Assembly (NCBI GenBank): GCA_964509655.1
Contig: CAZDYW010000001.1
Span: 1 to 48,481 of the forward strand
Length of the DNA: 48,481 nucleotides
From: an uncultured Anaerolineales bacterium
GTDB taxonomy: Bacteria; Chloroflexota; Anaerolineae; B4-G1
Reading direction: 5' to 3'
Shown here: positions 44,430 through 48,481 of the stretch, piece after piece
Position numbering within the stretch: position 1 is the first letter of the stretch
Layout of the letters: the number at the start of each line of letters is the position of its first letter
Notes under the pieces: generated by a model
What the model saw: only the letters and a program-made list of their open reading frames with translations
What the model was told of the DNA's origin: nothing
Databases searched by the model: none
Position numbers and translations under genes: made by a program

Positions 44430-44660
44430 ATAGTGATGCGAGAGGGAAATCGTAGCAGTTCCAAGGCCCTCCAGAGGCATTCTACGGCGTTGCTCATCAA
44501 CCCCAAGGCGAGTATGGAAAACTCGCCCTACATCTTGTGGCTATGTAGGTCCGCTTTCCATACCCGCCGATTTTTAATCGCTCCGAAGACCCTGAGAACA
44601 GAGCTTCACGCTGTCACAGCCCAAGTTCGGGTCTGTCGCTTGCTGCGAGACTGACTGGGG

Positions 44661-45362
44661 TTACGAAAGTTCTTCCTGCGTGAGGGGGGATTCCTTAGTT
44701 TGGGCCTCTTCGAAGCGATAGCCTACACCGCGAACGGTGTGTAGGTAGGTTGGGGAACTGGTGTCTTTTTCGATGGCCTTGCGCACCCAATGGATGTGGA
44801 CATCTAGGGTTCTGGTGTCATCTGTGTAATCAGTATCCCAAACTTGTCTCATCAGGAAGGTTCGGGCCAGTACTTCGCCGGGATGACGCATGAAGATTTC
44901 TAGTAAGCGTGCTTGTTTAGGGGTGAGGTGGCTTTCGCGATCCCCACGTATGACAGCGTGCCGCTTGACGTTGAAGGTGAAATCATTAGCTTGCAGTATC
45001 TCTCCGTCAGGTACTGGTAGGAGCCAAGCTACGCGGTTGATCAGTTGTTGAGGGGAGAAGGGGTATCGCAAAATAGTCTTTGTGCTTATGTCATGTTCGA
45101 AGTCCTCTTCATTCGCGAGCAGAATCAACAATGGAATGTCTAGTTTGTCATCCTGTAAAGTATCGCAAAAGCGATGGCAGCTAAATCGCAAGGATGGAAC
45201 GTCCAATATAATCACCTCTGGCAGCGTGATTTTCATCTTGGCTAGAGCTTCTCGGCGTGTGCGCACGTGGACGACATGGTATTCACTTTCCAGGAATGGT
45301 GTCAATTGCTCTGAAGCGGATTTTCTGTTTTCAACGAGTAAAATTTTGTGGACCGACGTCAC
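44661..45362 (-). CDS. OmpR/PhoB-family winged-helix response regulator with an atypical receiver domain. No adjacent kinase (orphan).
   Basis: The C-terminal wHTH is LTPKQARLLEIFMRHPGEVLARTFLMRQVW...LDVHIHWVRKAIE...YLHTVRGVGYRF. The receiver domain keeps the Asp in IILDV but deviates at other conserved positions (see findings). The GTG start is 8 nt after AGGGAG. Confidence 0.9.
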   Translation of the reverse strand: MTSVHKILLVENRKSASEQLTPFLESEYHVVHVRTRREALAKMKITLPEVIILDVPSLRFSCHRFCDTLQDDKLDIPLLILLANEEDFEHDISTKTILRYPFSPQQLINRVAWLLPVPDGEILQANDFTFNVKRHAVIRGDRESHLTPKQARLLEIFMRHPGEVLARTFLMRQVWDTDYTDDTRTLDVHIHWVRKAIEKDTSSPTYLHTVRGVGYRFEEAQTKESPLTQEELS

Positions 45363-45415
45363 CTACTGTTCTCCCTCTTGGCTACCCAAAATTTCGCATG
45401 AGTCAGTGGCTTGCA

Positions 45416-45444
45416 TTATACTTTACCCCTCTCCTGGGGGCAAG
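45416..45444 (-). promoter_or_regulatory. Promoter candidate for the response regulator gene (minus strand)
   Basis: On the minus strand: TTGCCC (45444..45439), a 17-nt spacer, then TATAAT (45421..45416). Confidence 0.5.
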
Positions 45445-45480
45445 TCAGCTTCTCGCACAAGGATCGGTGCCGAAAAACGC

Positions 45481-48084
45481 TCACGCATCCGGTGTTTCTG
45501 GGACTTGATAAATCGTCGTTTGACCTTGTGTGAAAACTTGTTCCAGGAGTAGGTCAAACTTGTTCAGTGCTTCTTTAGCGTGACATTGACGTTCGGGGGC
45601 GCGGCAAAGTTCTTGAACATAGCGACGTTCTACAGCCCCTACGATTACATACTCCACGTTCCATTTTTGCAGCAGATCCAATGCTCGGTCGCCATTGTGG
45701 GTGGTGTAGATGGACTCGATGTCTGGTTCGCGCTTCCCTTGCTCAATGTAGTTTCCTCGCCATTGGCTTTCGTGTAGCGCCCAGCCCAAGACTGTCGGGT
45801 AGCCCGTGAAGGCGCTGATACGCCCCTCATAATCGTAGTTCTTCCCTGGTGCTTCTAGAATGGTGGGCGCATCTTGCGCATTGGCCCGCAGCCATTCGAT
45901 AGCGGCCCAATCATCTGGGTGACTCCGGGCGATATTTATCGCGCCGTTCAGATTTGGGTCTCTTTGGAACCCTTGCACTCGACTGTAGCTTGCCATCACG
46001 GGATAGATCATTCCCGCTGCCACCAATATCCCTGTTCCTGCCAGAAATGTTGTTCGGGGGATAACGCTTAACTTGCTCTGGTTGAGTACCCACCACACCC
46101 CATAGGCGCTCACGCAACCCAGCATCACCCACGCTTGATAGTAAAATTTGAATATCGTGTTCATCCGCACGCCGAAATGGTCGCGCAGGTAGATGAATTC
46201 CACGCTGAAGGTGAGGGCAAGTCCTATTAGGATCAGTAATGAAGCGAACACTTTGCTGGTAGAAAAAGACCGTCGAGTATGGCTTTTCGTCGATGCTTGT
46301 ATGATGTTCAAGATTGCCAGCGCGATGAGCAAGGATAAGGTCAAGAACAACCAGGGTTCGCGTATGCGTGCCAGGATAACGGCCTTTAGCGCCGCGATTG
46401 GGCTTGTGCTCCCGACAACTTGTTGTACGTTGGGGTTAGTCAGCACACCTTGCACGAATTGGCGGCCTTTCTCACTTAGTAACGTATAGGTCAATACCGC
46501 ACTGATTAAGGCCATAGGTGTCAGCATCACTATTCCCCACCACTGCGCCGCTAAGCCTAGAAACCGTTTGGGGGATTCTCCTTGCTTCTTGTATCTCCTG
46601 AGCTGGATGGCGAGGAGCCAGGTTATCGTGAAGATGAAAGGCCCGAACATCACCAGATACTGCCGTAGGCGCGTCGGCGGCAATAGATAGGGCAAAATGC
46701 CCCCAGCCTGGGATTGAAAGCTGATGTAGAAAGGTAGGTAGAAGATCACCCCGCTTATCAGAAGGCCGGCTCCTAGCTTAATTATTGAGAATAATATCTT
46801 TTGCACCTTTTCGCCTGTGGCGGAATACCGCCCGATGCCATAAGCGAGCACCGTAAGCCCCAAGTAGATGGGAAAGTCCCACGTATTTAGAAATCCCAGA
46901 GCGCCTAAGATGACGGCATAGGCCAGGAAAAGCGCCCAATCGCCGCCCATTACAAATCCTCTTCCCTTTTCCCCCTGTCTAGTCGTCTGCCGACGCAGCA
47001 AGTTAAGGGCCAGCGCGATACTCATAAGCACGAAAGGCAAGGCCAGCACGTGCGGGTGATTATCTCCCAAGAGGAAGCTGAAGAAGGGGAATTCATCGAT
47101 GGGGCTGATGCCCATAGGCTGGCCCAACAGATTCCGGTCTCGGATTACGCGTGACGCGCGCCACCACCACCATCCGTGCCCCGGATACCACGAGTCGCTC
47201 ACGGAGCTTCCGAGTAGATCGGGTATGTCGATCCAGCGCCAGAAAGCCTGGGGCATAATTCCTTTAGCATACAACGCCTCCAGCAGCCCCTCCAGATTGC
47301 CCATCACAGCGACGAACATTGAGCCCAGTAGGCCGTATTGTAGTGCTGCGCTTTCTTTCGTCTTTCCTTCGTTCGAGCTGCGAATCAGGTTGTAGGTCAC
47401 GCCTAACGCGCCGGTTATAGTCAGGGCGAAAAGCAGCGCGTCATACAGTTCAAATCCGATGCCAGAGGTAACGCCCGAAAGCCGCGTCAGCAGGGCCATC
47501 ATCACATAGCCGAAATAATAGTAGCTGATGGCGAAGCCTGAGAGCCAGGGGTCAAGTGGTGGGAAACTGGGGCTTTTCAGAATAGCGTTGAGAAAGGCGA
47601 TCTCCATAAACTTCTCGCCGCCGCTGCTCATGATCTTGTCCGCCGCGTAGGCGCGCAGCAAGGCCCAAGCGCAGAAGGCTAGGGTGAAGAGTATCTCCAC
47701 TGTCAGCACCAGTCTCTTGTGTTCGCGGAGGAAGCTCAGCAGAGATGGGGTTTCATCTTTCCCGCATCGGAGGTAAACCGATAGGCATAACCCTGTCACC
47801 AATGCCAGGGCGACGAGAATGCCCCCGGATGTGTTTCGCAGAAAGCCAAGCGAGGCTCCGATCCACAACGTGTAGCTTGTCAGGAGCAAGCCCAGTGGTT
47901 TGGCGAACGCATAGCCCCGGTCGGGCAGCCATCTGAACAGCCGGTAGGCCAGGGGCAGTGCTGCCCACCCCAAGATTTGTATCAGCATCCACCAGGTGAA
48001 AACGTGCAACAGGTTTGCCTCCCTTTCTCTTCCTCTCAATGCAGCGTGTGAAGGAATTTTACCACGTCTCACCTTCTTTGTCAT
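45481..48084 (-). CDS. Large polytopic membrane protein, DUF2298 / Chlor_Arch_YYY family (GT-C-like putative glycosyltransferase)
   Basis: 867 aa with many TM helices. It has the characteristic ISYYYFGYVMM motif and a large C-terminal soluble domain. The family is described as restricted mainly to Chloroflexi and Archaea. Confidence 0.85.
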   Translation of the reverse strand: MTKKVRRGKIPSHAALRGREREANLLHVFTWWMLIQILGWAALPLAYRLFRWLPDRGYAFAKPLGLLLTSYTLWIGASLGFLRNTSGGILVALALVTGLCLSVYLRCGKDETPSLLSFLREHKRLVLTVEILFTLAFCAWALLRAYAADKIMSSGGEKFMEIAFLNAILKSPSFPPLDPWLSGFAISYYYFGYVMMALLTRLSGVTSGIGFELYDALLFALTITGALGVTYNLIRSSNEGKTKESAALQYGLLGSMFVAVMGNLEGLLEALYAKGIMPQAFWRWIDIPDLLGSSVSDSWYPGHGWWWWRASRVIRDRNLLGQPMGISPIDEFPFFSFLLGDNHPHVLALPFVLMSIALALNLLRRQTTRQGEKGRGFVMGGDWALFLAYAVILGALGFLNTWDFPIYLGLTVLAYGIGRYSATGEKVQKILFSIIKLGAGLLISGVIFYLPFYISFQSQAGGILPYLLPPTRLRQYLVMFGPFIFTITWLLAIQLRRYKKQGESPKRFLGLAAQWWGIVMLTPMALISAVLTYTLLSEKGRQFVQGVLTNPNVQQVVGSTSPIAALKAVILARIREPWLFLTLSLLIALAILNIIQASTKSHTRRSFSTSKVFASLLILIGLALTFSVEFIYLRDHFGVRMNTIFKFYYQAWVMLGCVSAYGVWWVLNQSKLSVIPRTTFLAGTGILVAAGMIYPVMASYSRVQGFQRDPNLNGAINIARSHPDDWAAIEWLRANAQDAPTILEAPGKNYDYEGRISAFTGYPTVLGWALHESQWRGNYIEQGKREPDIESIYTTHNGDRALDLLQKWNVEYVIVGAVERRYVQELCRAPERQCHAKEALNKFDLLLEQVFTQGQTTIYQVPETPDA

Positions 48085-48195
48085 CTGCCTATTCTGGCAT
48101 TAGTTTTTACAATCAAATTATGCTATAATATCCCTCACTCTTGAAGGTAGCTTTTTGGAATGCGTGGATCAGGAATAGGTTTGGAGGGAATAAAA

Positions 48196-48481
48196 ATGGA
48201 AAAGTCTAATTTTCTCATCGTGTTGGGCATACTGGCTATCTTTTTGATTCTGGCCTGTTGTTGTTGCGCTGGACTTGGAGGTGTTGGATTTTGGAAGATG
48301 CAAGAGAGTGAGTTTGAGTTCTCCTCGACTATTGAGGTCACGATGGAGGTGCCCTTTGACTATGATGACGCGACTCCTGTGCCCACCCCCGTTCTCACTC
48401 GCGAGCCTGCGGGCGACGCTGGCGCTGAGACGGAGGAGTTGTTAGAGACTGCGGTGGTCCCCGTGCGCGATCTTCACGACT
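48196..48481 (+). CDS. Hypothetical membrane-anchored protein, 5' part only (runs off the window)
   Basis: The ATG at 48196 is 7 nt after GGAGGG. The N-terminal TM anchor is MEKSNFLIVLGILAIFLILACCCCAGLGGVGFW, followed by an acidic/Pro-rich segment. The frame is open to the end of the window. It is absent from the ORF track because it has no stop in the window. Confidence 0.6.
   Translation, partial: MEKSNFLIVLGILAIFLILACCCCAGLGGVGFWKMQESEFEFSSTIEVTMEVPFDYDDATPVPTPVLTREPAGDAGAETEELLETAVVPVRDLHD

Noticed and set aside
1-48481. A search by eye for rRNA, tRNA, tmRNA/RNase P/SRP signatures, CRISPR arrays, transposases, integrases, and phage or defence-island genes.
   Set aside because: None was recognised. 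Apart from the mazEF pair, the window is housekeeping and energy-metabolism DNA. Small structured RNAs cannot be excluded without covariance-model searches.

Overview
This is a 48.5 kb stretch of moderately GC-rich bacterial chromosome with AT-rich intergenic regions. It is probably Chloroflexota, based on a large Chlor_Arch_YYY/DUF2298-type membrane protein with the YYYFGY motif, a GRNPE-type ATP synthase c subunit, and the overall gene style. All family calls come from motif recognition by eye, because no database search was possible.

Gene content, left to right:
- a 3'-truncated lipoprotein made of two fused LivJ-type ABC substrate-binding modules (minus strand)
- a small membrane protein
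- ppdK, then dnaG-rpoD
- a membrane-anchored secreted protein (minus strand)
- a complex I cluster with only the membrane-arm genes nuoA-H-J-K-L-M-N
- a MoaD-like protein, aldehyde:ferredoxin oxidoreductase and a 4-cluster ferredoxin
- an Hdr/Mvh-type hydrogenase cluster: HdrA-MvhD fusion, an HdrC-like/ferredoxin/MvhD fusion, group-3 [NiFe] small and large subunits, a polyferredoxin and a convergent maturation protease
- atpZ-B-E-F-H without the F1 genes, followed by a small membrane protein
- a mazEF-like toxin-antitoxin pair, murE and an alpha/beta hydrolase
- on the minus strand, the conserved block rpsB-tsf-pyrH-frr-uppS-cdsA followed by a CBS protein, fbp and rho
- an orphan atypical OmpR-type response regulator and the DUF2298 protein

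Most notable observations:
1. hdrA carries an in-frame TGA at the conserved FAD-proximal Cys position, followed by a bacterial SECIS-like hairpin. It is therefore one selenoprotein gene that the ORF track splits in two.
2. The Hdr/Mvh cluster has two MvhD modules and no HdrB/CCG subunit, and it lies next to the AOR operon.
3. NuoL (802 aa) has four exactly phased 26-residue tandem units in its lateral-helix region and a 13-His insert.
4. The nuo cluster lacks all peripheral-arm genes.
5. A 50-bp tandem duplication of the atpE ribosome-binding site and start codon creates an overlapping upstream ORF.

I did not recognise any rRNA, tRNA, CRISPR array, transposase or integrase.
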